DNA of 46,111 bases from contig NW_014040219.1 in the NCBI RefSeq assembly GCF_001186125.1, positions 39,937 through 86,047 on the forward strand. The letters run 5' to 3'. Shown one piece after another: positions 26,568-39,792 of the stretch. A program made the translations under genes and the position numbers. Source of the DNA: Sphaeroforma arctica JP610 (Eukaryota). A model generated the notes under the pieces. The model was not told the DNA's origin. It worked only from the letters and a program-made list of their open reading frames with translations, and ran no database searches. The number at the start of each line of letters is the position of its first letter. Position 1 is the first letter of the stretch.

Positions 26568-27537
26568 CATAGTGAATCTATATTGACAGCGCACTACAGT
26601 GTGACTCGGGCCTTGAGTTTAGATCGGGGTCCGCTTATGACTAAGATTGACACCCCTTCAAGCTTGTCTACGTGTTTTCTATGAACTGTAAATTGCTTCT
26701 GGAGACTTGTTTAATATGCGAGCCAAGAATCGTGGAAGCTTGCGGTTATAAACGATTAAAATATGGAAATGATGATAGTCGCCCTGAGCGATCGGATGTA
26801 CACACATATCGAATGGAGGGGATAAGAAGTCTCCGGAAAACTGCAAAACATTGACATTAAGCGGCCTGTCTCAACAACTTTGGCAGCGGAATTTAGGACT
26901 CCATAGGGCTGCGAAATTTGCTGTTTGCGTCAAGTATACTGGTGTATCACATGTGACTGTTGCAGAACATGGCCACTAGGTGTTCTTGTGGATGCGGATG
27001 GTATTTCTCTGTCTTGATTTAAGGAAGGTATAGTGTGAGGGCCTTGCATATAAAACGCAAACTGCACAAGCATGCAAACTCGCGGGAGGCTATCATAACG
27101 TCATTGTAATATTGACGAATGTGGACTTAAGTATCAAATTTGTTGACAACTAATCCCGACACATTCGCGGTCAGCGATTATAAGGTGAGTTTAGCGCCAA
27201 AAGTTAAATGAAAGAATAGAATGCAAACAGGGATGAATCATGTGAGTTATGTACACAGTTGTTACGTAGAAGAATTACCTTCTGAATTGCCAACAGGCAT
27301 AATCTTTGTAAACTATGTACATAGCTATGCCTAGAAGGACAACCTTTTGCGTAGTATGTACATAGGTATTATCCGATATAAAGAGCTGGGAATTGAATAA
27401 ATAGCAGAATTATGTTTTATTACAGCATCGATCAGTCGATACAAACAATGAACTCGTTTTGAGTCATGCTCGCTAAGCTTATAAACTGGTGTTGGCGGCT
27501 GTTATCATTCGTACCAGACATACAACTTACTCAAACC

Positions 27538-28623
27538 TTAATAGAACAACGTATCCGGTGTGGCATGTCGCTGATATGCTCGGAACTCTGGCTCCTTCCC
27601 CAGTACGGCCCATAGATAGTTACCCACCTCACACGCCTTAAGGTCGACACTACTGTCGACCTTGTTGAACTCTCTAGCGATTAATTCAGTAGCTTCCAGT
27701 GATTTCGCACGCAGAGCAATCTCTTCTTTTGAACCCTTGGGCAATGCAACATGCGTATCTATGGCATTGTGAAGACGTTCGCGACATGTGATACACCCAG
27801 TCTTGCGCATAGTGGCGACGATGACATTGTCTACATATGCGGTGAGCAAGTGTGCGTCTTTGAAGTTGAAACGCTCGTCTTGATTCCTAAACGAATGGTA
27901 TAACTCTCCAGTGGATAACTGTGCTTTCTTATACAGAAACACGGCTTGCTTGCTGGTGCTGGGGCCGCTTTCGCTGGGATAATAGTAGGCGTCCTTGAAC
28001 GTGTACGGAAAACTGTCGACAAGTGCCTTTACTACCGAAGCGGCGCCATTATCGCTGCTTCCTTTCTTTAAAGCATCCAATACGAGCTCGTATACGTGCT
28101 TGTAGCCTTGATCTCTCAATCCGATTCCTATCTCGTGCGAAACTCCCACTAAATAGCTGATGAATACTTTCAAGGCCTCTGTAACACTATCCTCTTTGCA
28201 ATCGTTCAAATCTGGTAAGAAGCATTCAGTAACGGTATCTTGGGTGATTTCGGCCAGAAAACTAGAATCAAGATCATGGTTCAAGTTATACATGTTGATT
28301 AAACCAGCCTTGATGGTTAAAAACGCTCCTTTCCTGTGAAATTTGTGCAATTCCTGACGGAACCCGCTCCCAAAGTCCATTGCATGTGCAAACGTGATGA
28401 AAGAAACTTCCTGCAACAGGCTTTCGAATTCGATGCCGAAGCCGGTTATGTGTGCTGCAAGACTTTCACCTAGTTTTCGAATCATCCCAGCGTTCCTATC
28501 TTGCACAAACGCCTTAATCGCATCCTGATTCACCTGTACGAGGCCATCTGTGTCTAGCTGTGTGCATGTGTCGCGTACGGCCTGCAAGTATGACCTACCA
28601 TCGTCAACTGTGGGAAAACTCAT
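27538..28623 (-). CDS. QNG1: Queuosine salvage protein (DUF2419 / Q-nucleotide N-glycosylase QNG1 family), intronless, 361 aa
   Basis: Motifs MDFGSG, FPYTFKD, FLYKKAQL, LTAYVDNVI, EEIALRA, NYLW and C-terminal RHATPDTLFY are typical of the family. Confidence 0.82.
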   Translation of the reverse strand: MSFPTVDDGRSYLQAVRDTCTQLDTDGLVQVNQDAIKAFVQDRNAGMIRKLGESLAAHITGFGIEFESLLQEVSFITFAHAMDFGSGFRQELHKFHRKGAFLTIKAGLINMYNLNHDLDSSFLAEITQDTVTECFLPDLNDCKEDSVTEALKVFISYLVGVSHEIGIGLRDQGYKHVYELVLDALKKGSSDNGAASVVKALVDSFPYTFKDAYYYPSESGPSTSKQAVFLYKKAQLSTGELYHSFRNQDERFNFKDAHLLTAYVDNVIVATMRKTGCITCRERLHNAIDTHVALPKGSKEEIALRAKSLEATELIAREFNKVDSSVDLKACEVGNYLWAVLGKEPEFRAYQRHATPDTLFY

Positions 28624-29912
28624 ACCGAGAAAACTGAGTCTGACTAACTATACAATATTTAAATACCTATATCGAGGCTTGGTGGATCCTCTGTACTTAT
28701 CGAACTTTGTAACATATGTGTATGTAAATAAATAAAAGCAGGACTTGGACAGCCAAGGGGCATCACAGTAAGGGATTCGTGGTTGGACAGCGGCATCGCG
28801 TACACTGCACACTGTATATTTCATATCCCGCTCCAATTTTACCCGAATTGAAAATGTTCCCGATTTCGAATAAAATAAAAACGCCGTGGAAGGCATAAAA
28901 TACCCAGAGCCAAGAGTGACCTAAAAAAAAAGAGCCGTTGATTCTAATTGAAATTTGTGGTTCTTCAGAAATCGGTTCAGACTAAATGCTATATAGGCAT
29001 TGATTGAGTGGCTAATGTGTCTTGTATAAAACGTTCATGAATACTTGAACTGTTAGTACCGACCCTTGGCGTGTATGACGTTACTTTCGTGTGGGTTACA
29101 TATAACACGTAGCCAACTCAGCGCAGCGTGGAACTAAACTAATCTTACTACGATACATACTATATAGATGCCAAGCCCGTGATTCGGAACGGTTGACAGC
29201 AACACGAGGGTGTCTAAATAGGACATGGGTGTCGGGCAAGTACAGGAAAGTACATTTGCAAAACCGTATCTGCTGCGCTCTAATTCGTTAGGGGAGAGTC
29301 TAGTAAGTAACAAGAGTGAAAGGCTAAGGTCCGTATGTAGGGCATACTTCACAACCACAGTGAGGATTGTGTGCTTTTCCGTATGGCCTTTCGTTCTAGA
29401 AAGCGATTCATAAAAGATATATCAACTATATAATATCATGCTATTCTCGGTATCGCTTGGTATGTAGTGTGTGCTACTACTCGTCCAGCAGACGCCTCAC
29501 AGGTGTGTACTACCCAGACAATTGCCCTCTTTGATTATACGCTGGTATCGGCCAGTGTAGAATGTCAGCATATCTGCACATCTTGAAAGTCAGTCAACAC
29601 GTGTAGCAATATCTTGATAAAGGGACGTACGGATATATGTGCTCATAGTTCTTGGCCGTGAGATGTGTATTCAAGGAGCGGAAAAAGACCGTGCCAATTC
29701 TTTAATTATAGGACATACTCGAATTTTTGACACACTTCTAGATACTTCATTCTCTGGTTGCACGGATTGATCAAGGTTTGATGGAAATGTAAAACTTTTG
29801 AACCATATAGTGAATTATTTAATGAAATATACAAATCCAGTTTATATAAATATATACATATATATATATATATTATNNNNNNNNNNNNNNNNNNNNNNNN
29901 NNNNNGTATATA

Positions 29913-29951
<39 letters not shown>

Positions 29952-30189
29952 ATATATATATATATTCTTTAACTTGGGCAGATCCTTTCATCGCTCATGG
30001 ATACAGTTCTGTGTCCTCGCGGGATACACAGATACAGTGTTTTCAATATAAATAAATATCGTACACACGAGTATAGTAGCGGAAGTTGTGTCATAATGAG
30101 TGTGTATTTATTTTGGATCTTCTGATCTAATATTTATCGTCGCTCTAATTTTTTTACCAGTTCCGGTCGACGTCTGTCATAACATGTCA

Positions 30190-30440
30190 TATAACATCTA
30201 TGACTTCTAGATCGTACGGCTCTATTTCATTACCAACTGTGTAAAGTGCCATCCGCCTTCAATTAAAACATGACCATATAACATCTATGTCTCCTACATC
30301 GTGCGGCCCTGCGTCTTCACCAACTGTGCAAGTGTCATCTTTCTGTAATTCTAATATGACATACATATCATCTGTCTCCTACATCGTGCGGCCCTGTGTC
30401 TTCACCAACTGTGCAAAGTGACCATCCTTCTTCATCAGCT
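30190..30440. repeat. Three decaying copies (about 85 bp) of the ABCB stop-codon region
   Basis: ctacatcgtgcggccctg..tcttcaccaactgtgcaa at about 30379 and 30294, and a more diverged copy at about 30207. Confidence 0.8.
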
Positions 30441-33400
30441 CCTGGTACGTTCCACTCTCCACAATCACACCTTCCTTGACAAACGCGATGGTATCGGCGT
30501 TCTGGATGGTCGATAGCCTGTGTGCAATTGTAATGGTGGTGCGTCCCTTTGAAGCCACGTCGAGCGCTTCCTGTACCAACCTTTCACTCTGAGAGTCTAG
30601 GGCGGACGTGGCCTCGTCTAATAATAGAATGCGCGGGTTTCTCACCAGGGCTCGTGCAATGGCCACCTATCACATTGGAAGCGAGTGCAACGTGAGTATG
30701 TATAACCAGCAACCATGTAGTATACTGCGACTCTTTACAACTGCATGCCTACACGCGTACGCAATTCACACCAATATAGTTGTTATGCAATTCGTACAAA
30801 TGAAATTCTCTCCTCATTCGTAGCCCAAACGTACAAATCATAGAACTGGTCAACCGTGCAGCACAGAACTGAGTATGCATATGCTTAGCACCTTGACCAG
30901 TAATGCACAAGAAAAAAAGTGTTTGCAGCGCATTTGTACGAGAGGGTGCAGGTATCAAGGCATCAGACTTCTCTGGCAGCGGTTGCCACACTGTATTCAG
31001 ATGAATCAATCCCTATATATCACTAGCTGTACTACAAGTGTCGCGATATAATACCTACCATGCACTGAATGTGTGTTCTTACCCGTTGTCTCTGGCCTCC
31101 ACTCAGCTGTGAACCTCTGTCCCCAACATCGGTGTCGTAGCCTTGTGGTAATTTCATAATGAAATCGTGTGCGTTGGCCATCTTAGCCGCCTCGATGATC
31201 TGCTCTTCGGTTACTTTGGAGTTGCATTGGGATGGAAGTTAAGTGATTGTAGAGGCAGGTGTAGTGGGCTTCGCCATGGCACTAGGTGTGTTAGGCAAAG
31301 ATGACGTCATTTGGTACTATTCAGCCTTGTCGTACATGTATGCATGTACCGATGAGATAATCAGTCCATAGACGCGTACTACCAGACTGTATACACACAA
31401 ACGCATACAAATTCATATATAAATACCAATCCATAGCAGCCCTCTTACCTGGAACGTCGTTCTCCTTCATACGTCCATATGCAATGTTGTTGCGTACGCT
31501 TGTCTTGAACAGATCGGGCTCCTGGTTGACCAACCCAATCTGATCACGCATAGACATGATGTTGAGCTTGGTAATGTCCCTGCCATCGATGGTGATGGTA
31601 CCATCCTGTCATATATAGCAGTGTGTGTGGACTATATTAGTTCAAGCGCGGTAGACATATTACTGTTGGTTGACACCAGGGGCTAGAGAGCCGAGAGCAC
31701 AACATCACACACAGGGAACGATGCATACACTACGACTAGAAGTATAGCCATGCAAGCGTAGAGCTGGGTATAGGCTAATCTCATCGGGGAATCACTTCCA
31801 AAATAAATGTATTGCTTTGTATTTACGACACTGGATGAATACGCACGATGTCGGTTGTACATATGTTTTCCCCTGGAAAGGTATGTATGAGTTCAGTACT
31901 AATGGCTGCAGTAGAGCAGTGGATAGGTAGATCTTACCTGTAACTGGTAGAAACGCTCCGTCAAAGCGATAAGCGTGGATTTTCCGCATCCACTCTCACC
32001 AACAAGCGCCAGGATCTTACCTGTGGAGTTGGACAGAATCACAAGGGTATGGGCATCTTGGCATGTATGTTGACATAGAAAGGCTGGGTTCAGATGACCT
32101 AATAATTTTACAATACATACAATCTACATACTGTCACCACAACAAGCACTATCACACACTGTATTTGCACATACGAATGCACCCACAAGAACCTAAGCTA
32201 TTCCTGTAGGTCGGCTGCACACATACGTATACCCATATACAAACACCCACGACCATGTCAGAGAAAGCTTACCAGGCGCTATGCTGACGTGGAGATCTTT
32301 TAACACAGTCACCTCACGGCGTGTGGGGTAGGAGAACTGCAGTCCTTTGAAGTCGATGCTGCCTACTACGTTCTGGATGGACTCGCCCTCAGTGCTCTCA
32401 CTGTCTACGGGAGGCACGCGGTCAAGCAGACGGAACACTTTCGTAGCTGCACAGGATACGAGCAAGAGAAGTGACTAGTGAGATGGTGGTATCTAGTGAC
32501 ATGCTGTGTGCGGTGGGGGGATGGGCTGCTTAAAAGACTTGTATGAGCGTAAGTAGTACGAGGGAACACTTTCGTAGATGTACAGGACGAGCAGAGAGGT
32601 GGATCTGCTGTGGGATGGTGGTGTGCTGGGTAGTGGTATTCGATAGACCGTATGAGCATATCTAGGACGATCGGTGTGCCCATTTTAATCAGTCGCCTTG
32701 CCAGTAGTATAGGCTAGCACATGCTTACATACTTAGACCTAACTTCGATGTGATGATATACTCGAGAACAAACTTACCAGAAATCGCTGCTTTACCGGCA
32801 TCGGGCATCATAGCAGAAACCTAAAAGATGTGTGAAGGCGTACGGAATGGAGAGAGTGAGAGGGTGAGTGATGAAAGTATACACGAGTACCCATGTATGC
32901 GTATGTGCATACAATCGTGCATACACGCATGCTTGTGCCTCATCGCACATGCGTATGACACAATGCAACAGATTGAGATATACCAGCATATGCGTGCTCG
33001 CATTTGAATAGTACGGTTCTAGATGCACAGATATACAAAGGTTTTCATACCTGTCCCAGCATCATGGCACCAAATACAATAGCGTTGATCGCCATCAGCA
33101 TCTGGTCGAAGCTACACTCTCCATCGTCAACCAACCCTACACAGATACACACAGGTGAAATACATTCAACACATGAGGTATGCGTAAAAATCGCGCCAGA
33201 TGTGCACGACCCTTTCCAAGCCAGCGTTATAGATTACAGAACAGCACGTGATACCCGAGAAGGTCGAGATACTACTGACTTCTATTCGCCCAATACAACA
33301 GACTGACCAGATACTACTGAATTCTATTCGCCTAATACAATAGACAGACCAGATACTGCTGACTTCTATTCGCCTAATACAATAGACAGACCACGAGGAA

Positions 33401-36400
33401 TAAATCACAACCCCCTGAAACGGCACATCCCAAGCACAATATAGACTTACCCGCACCGAACCAGAACGCCAACGCCCAGATGGCGAACATGCAGAACTCG
33501 GAAAAACCGAAACCAACACCAGCAATCTGTGAGGATTTGACGGTGGCCTTGTATGGGGCCATCAATTCCTCCTCATACTGCTCGATCTGTGCGCGTCGAG
33601 GATTTAAGAACGAGGAAAGTGAATGGGGGCCGATTATGCGGCATGATACGCGCATATAAAGGGGTGGGAAAGAATACCGAAGGACGTGCCACGGTTTAGC
33701 TGGTGTTTAATCACCGTATGAACAAGTACCTGTTCATCAGTGGCGTTAATTGCTAGTACAGTTCGGATTGAGTCCACAGTTTCCGATGCGATGCTTCCGG
33801 CCTTCTCGAACATAACGTTACCGTCCTTTTGGAAGCCTGAGATTGCAAACCATAGACAAAGGCTTAATTACTACTGGCTAAAACCTTATTTCTAAGCATC
33901 TAGTTACAGTATATGACAACAACTTTCAACACTTTAAAATCAACCCAGTATGCATGAACCCCCAAATCCCATAAATTATTAATGTATGAAGACAGTTAAC
34001 TCACCAGTCATCATCTTCATCTGCAGCATGCCTCCGATACCAATAGCCGGTACACAGGCAAGTACCACCAGCGCCAACAGCCAGCATTGCGTGAACGCGA
34101 TTGTCAACCCAAGTCCCATAGTAGCGATTACATTGACCAGACTGCCCAGACGGTTACCAGTCACTCCCTGTAGCGTGATTGAAGCATTGGAGTGAGGGAA
34201 TGTATATGGAAATGACTATGGACATGCACCGTGCCTCTTGCATAAGGTAGGTACAGTTGGTTGTGTATAGGTAACCAGCAATAGTACTACCCATGACTCC
34301 TTAAATCTGTAACTTCCCGATCGACAGCGATCCGTCGTTGAGCACACATCACTACAAGAAAACAATTGCCATGGACCTCGTGCGCGCTCAGGAAATTCAT
34401 CACAATTTTTAATGGACGCACTAGGAAGAAGGGCCTGGTGCCTCCCCATAGGAGTGAGTACTACTACTCGTACGCCTATATAAACAAACGCATACCCATG
34501 AAACTACACAAGCACACCAGCACACACACACACGCGCGCGCGCATACACACACACACACAAGCGCATGCATGTAAAGCAGTAGCACATAAAAACACCTGC
34601 ACGTCAGCGGCCTCAGTGCTGAGACGGGCTGTGAGTACTCCCACGGAGTTGTTGCGATCGTCAAAGAACCCAACATCTTGCCTCATAATTGCCTTGAACG
34701 ATGCCAAACGCATCTATTAAGGTGAATAAATTGAGTTAAAAATTAAAATCTGTGGTTTTAAAATAAATGGATATGTAGTATAAAGCCCATAGCAGAATAC
34801 TATGGATAGCACATGGAAACATCGCCAGCCATAGCTGATAAAGATCAGTAACCCCTGGGAACGCTTAGATAATAGTTTCGAGGGTGTATGGTATGCCCCA
34901 GTAGACAAGGGTGCGGCTGTGTATGTATCTCTCGCCATATATTCAAAAAGCACACATTGCTAACAATATACCGCATGTTTCTTCTTAGGACATGCAGACA
35001 TGCCCGACTCACCTTCTGAGTGAGTTGTTCACCGCTGATGGCAAGAGGTGTAATAGCCAGCCATTGGACGAAGAACACGGCAACGCCCAGAGCCACAAAC
35101 ATCAGCGACCAGAAGTTCACATCGTCCTGGTTCTGCTCAGTCATCACCGTGATGAGTTGTGAGAAGATGATGGCAAACCCGGGCCACACAGCCCCCATGC
35201 CCAGGTTACCGAGGAGACCTGTGCGTAACGGGAACAGATCACGTCAGTGAAGGTGGATACCTATCGGCAAGACACGGTATGCGTATGGACAAGATTGTTT
35301 TGCTTATAAATGCCAACGCGTACACGTGTACCAAGCATGATTTTTATTCGGCTCACACAAGTGTATGAAAAGGTCTACAACAAATAAAGAATGGGCAGTC
35401 AACCATATCTTTGACACACCAAGAGCAATCAGTTTCCACTCGTCTGCGTTCATTTGGAAAGCCCGTTTTATGACGCCGTCATCAACGTCTTTTATCTGCG
35501 ACATTCACATTGAGGATATGTTAATACACCCGGCAGCACAATGTGGAAAGAGTCTGTGAATGTCAATGACTATACTTCAATATATTTAAGTTTTATGTTG
35601 CTAATCACATCCCATGACAGCTCTAACAGCAATCACTAGCTGTTGCTTAGTATCGAATGAGAAACTGTTGTATTGCCCTGTGAGTGCTCAGCGCTTCTAG
35701 ATGCACAACCTGAGTCACACATACGTTCAGAAGAACACTTCAAACTCTCGTGAGCAAGGTATTAAAGTCATGCGGATAGTAACCATAAGACAGACTCCCG
35801 CAATCGATATATACAGCCACATATACAACCATCCACAGAAATGTTCTCAATATTAGTGAAAAGTATATGGACAGGTCACTAATACACCTCATCAACTGCC
35901 GGAGGTTGATCGGCCCCCTCTTTCCTCAAGTACTGCACCCGTTCGCGCACGCCAACTGAATGTTTTGTGGATATACGCTTCATGGACGAATGCTTGAACG
36001 ATGAGTGGTTAGATAGCCTGTTGAAGGAATGGTCGATAGAGAATCGAATATATTAACGCAGAGCAATTACGTATATGTAAATTTCCCACGAGAATGCCTT
36101 GCTGCGTTCTGGTTCATAACGTTATAGACACAACTTAAGAACATACTAACAGAAGACATTGCTCTAAATCAGCCTGGTCTCGGGATCCAGCTTCCAAAAG
36201 TCGAATTGAAGACCATATGCAAATCGTAAAATGCATAAATATGAAAATATAAAAATGTGTCACATATGCCCGGCAACAGAGACGCTTTTGCACTGCCCCT
36301 ACCTAACCATGAGGCGGGCGATTTCACGACCAATGTCCAAAACCTATTCATACGTACGAAAATGCATTTTTATGTATAAACTTGAATTTGATCCAAACAC

Positions 36401-37604
36401 ACATATGCTTACATGCAAATACATATGAACATTCATACATTCGTCTGAACCAACAGTCAAGAAACATACACACTGTTGCGCTTCCCCTGTCTGGCCATGG
36501 GGTCGGTAGCTTCATGGTACATTTCGTCGACCATCTGCTCCTCTTCTGGGTCGGGGTCTTCTGCTTTCATCTGTTGCAATTGCACGAACTCGCTGTATGC
36601 ACCACCCTTTGCTAGTAGCTCCTGGTGCGTACCAATCTCTACAATTTGTCCCTGCAATTGATCCGAGATAGAGATTAATATACGCCGATCACTATACAGC
36701 CTAAATTGGCTTGGTCACCAAAAAGATACCACTCAGTTGTAGAAAGGGCCCTAATACCAACCATCAACGTCATAACAAGCTCGCTGCCCAGACAAGGCAC
36801 AAGCTAAGCACAGAAAAGCATTTGCACCAGCACATACGTAGACCCGTACGTATAACAGCCATGGTAAGGCCTTAAAAGACCGTGTGAGATATCAGTGCAG
36901 GAAAGGCAAGCATAGATTGCGACGGTTCCGCATACCTGTTTAACATTCCTAACTGATACTCGTAAAAAAGAGACATCAAATAGACATCAGAATCAAAAGC
37001 ACAGACCCATGCGCTGTAGATGAATATCCGTTTCGATATAGGACACCAGGTCAAGGTAAGTGTACACTCAACGCAAATGTATACATTCATATAAAAATAT
37101 CCATTCATATACACATAGGCATTCATTACATACACATTCAAATACACATTCATATACATATATACGTCTATATACATCCATATACACATATACATTGTTT
37201 GACATGTATGTATACACGCACATATTATATAAGTGTCCACGTACCGCCTCTACCACGGCAATGGCATCTGCATTCTGCACCGTAGTCAGTCTGTGCGCAA
37301 TGACAATGGTTGATCGTCCCTCAGACGCCTTCTCCAGTGCTTCCTGTACAATGCGCTCGCTCTCGGAATCGAGAGCACTAGGACAGATATGAAAAGGAGA
37401 ATGAGGTGGTAGGTATCAGTATGTATTCAGAACTTGTGAAATCACATGGATACAGCAGGGCATTGTCGTTGCATTCGTATGTACATTTGTATAGAAGATC
37501 AACGACCCATACGTTCAAAATCTGCACACGTTTATACTTGTGCTGTCGAATCGTGACGAGCAGGTCATGGTAAGAGAAAAAAAAATACACACACACATGT
37601 AATT

Positions 37605-37637
<33 letters not shown>

Positions 37638-37687
37638 ATAATAGAACATATATAATATTATATATATATATATAATATAGAAATATA

Positions 37688-37737
<50 letters not shown>

Positions 37738-39742
37738 CTATATATATATATATATAATATACCTACCCAGCATCATAGAAGGATGCCCTTGGATTCAGGG
37801 ATGCAGCCTTCTTCGCTTTGCGACGTCGGATTACCACGAAGGCCACGCATCCCAATAAACACGCACACACCACCAGCACAAGCAAGCCAACCAGTCCCAC
37901 TGTGATGAGTATCTCGCCTGTGGTCATGCCACTGTCCTTGGACGTAGCAGATGTCGTTGGTGCTGTGTCGGTGCTGAGATCAGCCACAGCTTCTTTGAGG
38001 GCCGCGTCGACCTCTTCGCAACCTCCGCCTAGTGTAGAAGAGTATGGGCAATTGGGTAAAAGATTGTGAATAGAGTCCACTTTGAACAGATTGCGAATGG
38101 TGTTTACTTTGGATATACTTTCTCCATTTATAAAAGCGTACTAAAACCATTTTGGATTGCAATCTGTATGTGGCTGTGTGAAACATGGAACTAGGAATTG
38201 AGTATAGAGTTTTGTTTGCGAGATGATGAAACCTAACCGAGAAATGTCATTAAAGTGCTATTGGAGTGTACTTTCTATTTTTGTTGAAGACAGTGCAAAC
38301 CGTTGAGAAGCAGATTGTGAACAGAGAGCTTTTTTTTGTTCAGAGGCTTTTTGTATTGAGGACGTGGACCGTTTGACACCGATCATGAATAGAGAGCTCT
38401 TTGTATTGTTTGTGGAGGATCGGAACTTGGGACAGGATTGACAGTCGAGGTGCACTTTGGGTTTATTGACTACAATGGATACAGCATCTAGTGTAGTTTA
38501 GAAGGACTAGCCAATGAAAATGCTCTTCCTGTGCTATGTTCATCTTGCTATATGTATGTAAAGATATGTGACACAATCAAGTAAGTGATCAACAGCTGAA
38601 TATAGATCTAATGTGTTTCAATGATTACAATCTATTCATGTCGATGAATGCAGTCGTATCGATGGTTGCATATCTACAGAGTTTTCCAGCAAATGTAGAC
38701 AAGTTCAAGTGAATTCGACCAATATATATTACATCCCCAGCCATATTTGTGTATTTTGCAGAGAAAACCACTCCGGTGACTATACATAGCATCTTCCACA
38801 CCATCCACGTGATACCGTATTCAGCCACATGAAAACATCCACACGCTCATGCTACAAAACAAAATCAGGAGCAAGTACAAAAAAAGTGACGAGCATATAT
38901 CACAGACTATACAACATAGCCGTTAGCACATACCATAGCTCACACAACAGAGGCCTGAGCATATACCATATAGTCTACACAACAGAGGCCTAAGCAAATA
39001 CCATAGCCTACACAACAGAGGCCTAAGCACATACCATGGTTTACACAACAGAGGCCTAAGCACATACCATAGTTTACACAACAGAGACCTAAGCACATAC
39101 CATAGTTTACACAACAGAGACCTAAGCACATACCATAGTCTACACAACAGAGACCCACACAACAGAGGCCTGAGCATACACCATATAGTCTACACAACAG
39201 AGGCCTAAGCAAATACCATAGTCTACACAACAGAGGCCTAAGCACATACCATAGTTTACACAACAGAAACTTAAGCACATACCATAGTCTACACAACAGA
39301 GACCTAAACACATACTATAATCCACACAACAGAGGCCTAAGCACATACCCTAGTTTACACAACAGAGACCTAAGCACATACCATAGTCTACACACAACAG
39401 AGACCTAAGCACATACCATAATCCACACAACAGAGACCTAAGCACATACCATAGTTTGCAACGCGAACCATCTTGTTTTCCAAGCAGTTGGTGCGCGTCA
39501 GCACGCACATGGAAGGGTATGTAACTCCATCACTGCCACAGATAGCCTTGGCATCTTCCGCATCTATTACAGGACATTCGGGACATAACTCCTCGATGGG
39601 AACGCATACATCGCAGCAGGGATCCACTTCAGGTCTGGACACTAACCGTTCAGTGGTTGCACAACTGCGCGCGAACAGGATGAATATGTAAGCACGGGCA
39701 TGCAAGCAATAAATTCGCTTATACGTATACATACATAATATA

Positions 39743-39792
<50 letters not shown>

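Noticed and set aside
25692..28623. Bacterial contamination or operon
   Set aside because: The genes are convergent, about 1 kb apart, lack evident Shine-Dalgarno context, and are contiguous with intron-containing genes.
28648..29800. Short ORFs upstream of the Q-salvage gene
   Set aside because: No recognisable motifs or consistent splice structure.
38925..39457. CRISPR-like array or metallothionein-like Cys-rich ORFs
   Set aside because: Units are contiguous with no unique spacers, there are no cas genes, and the frame breaks often. It is a minisatellite.
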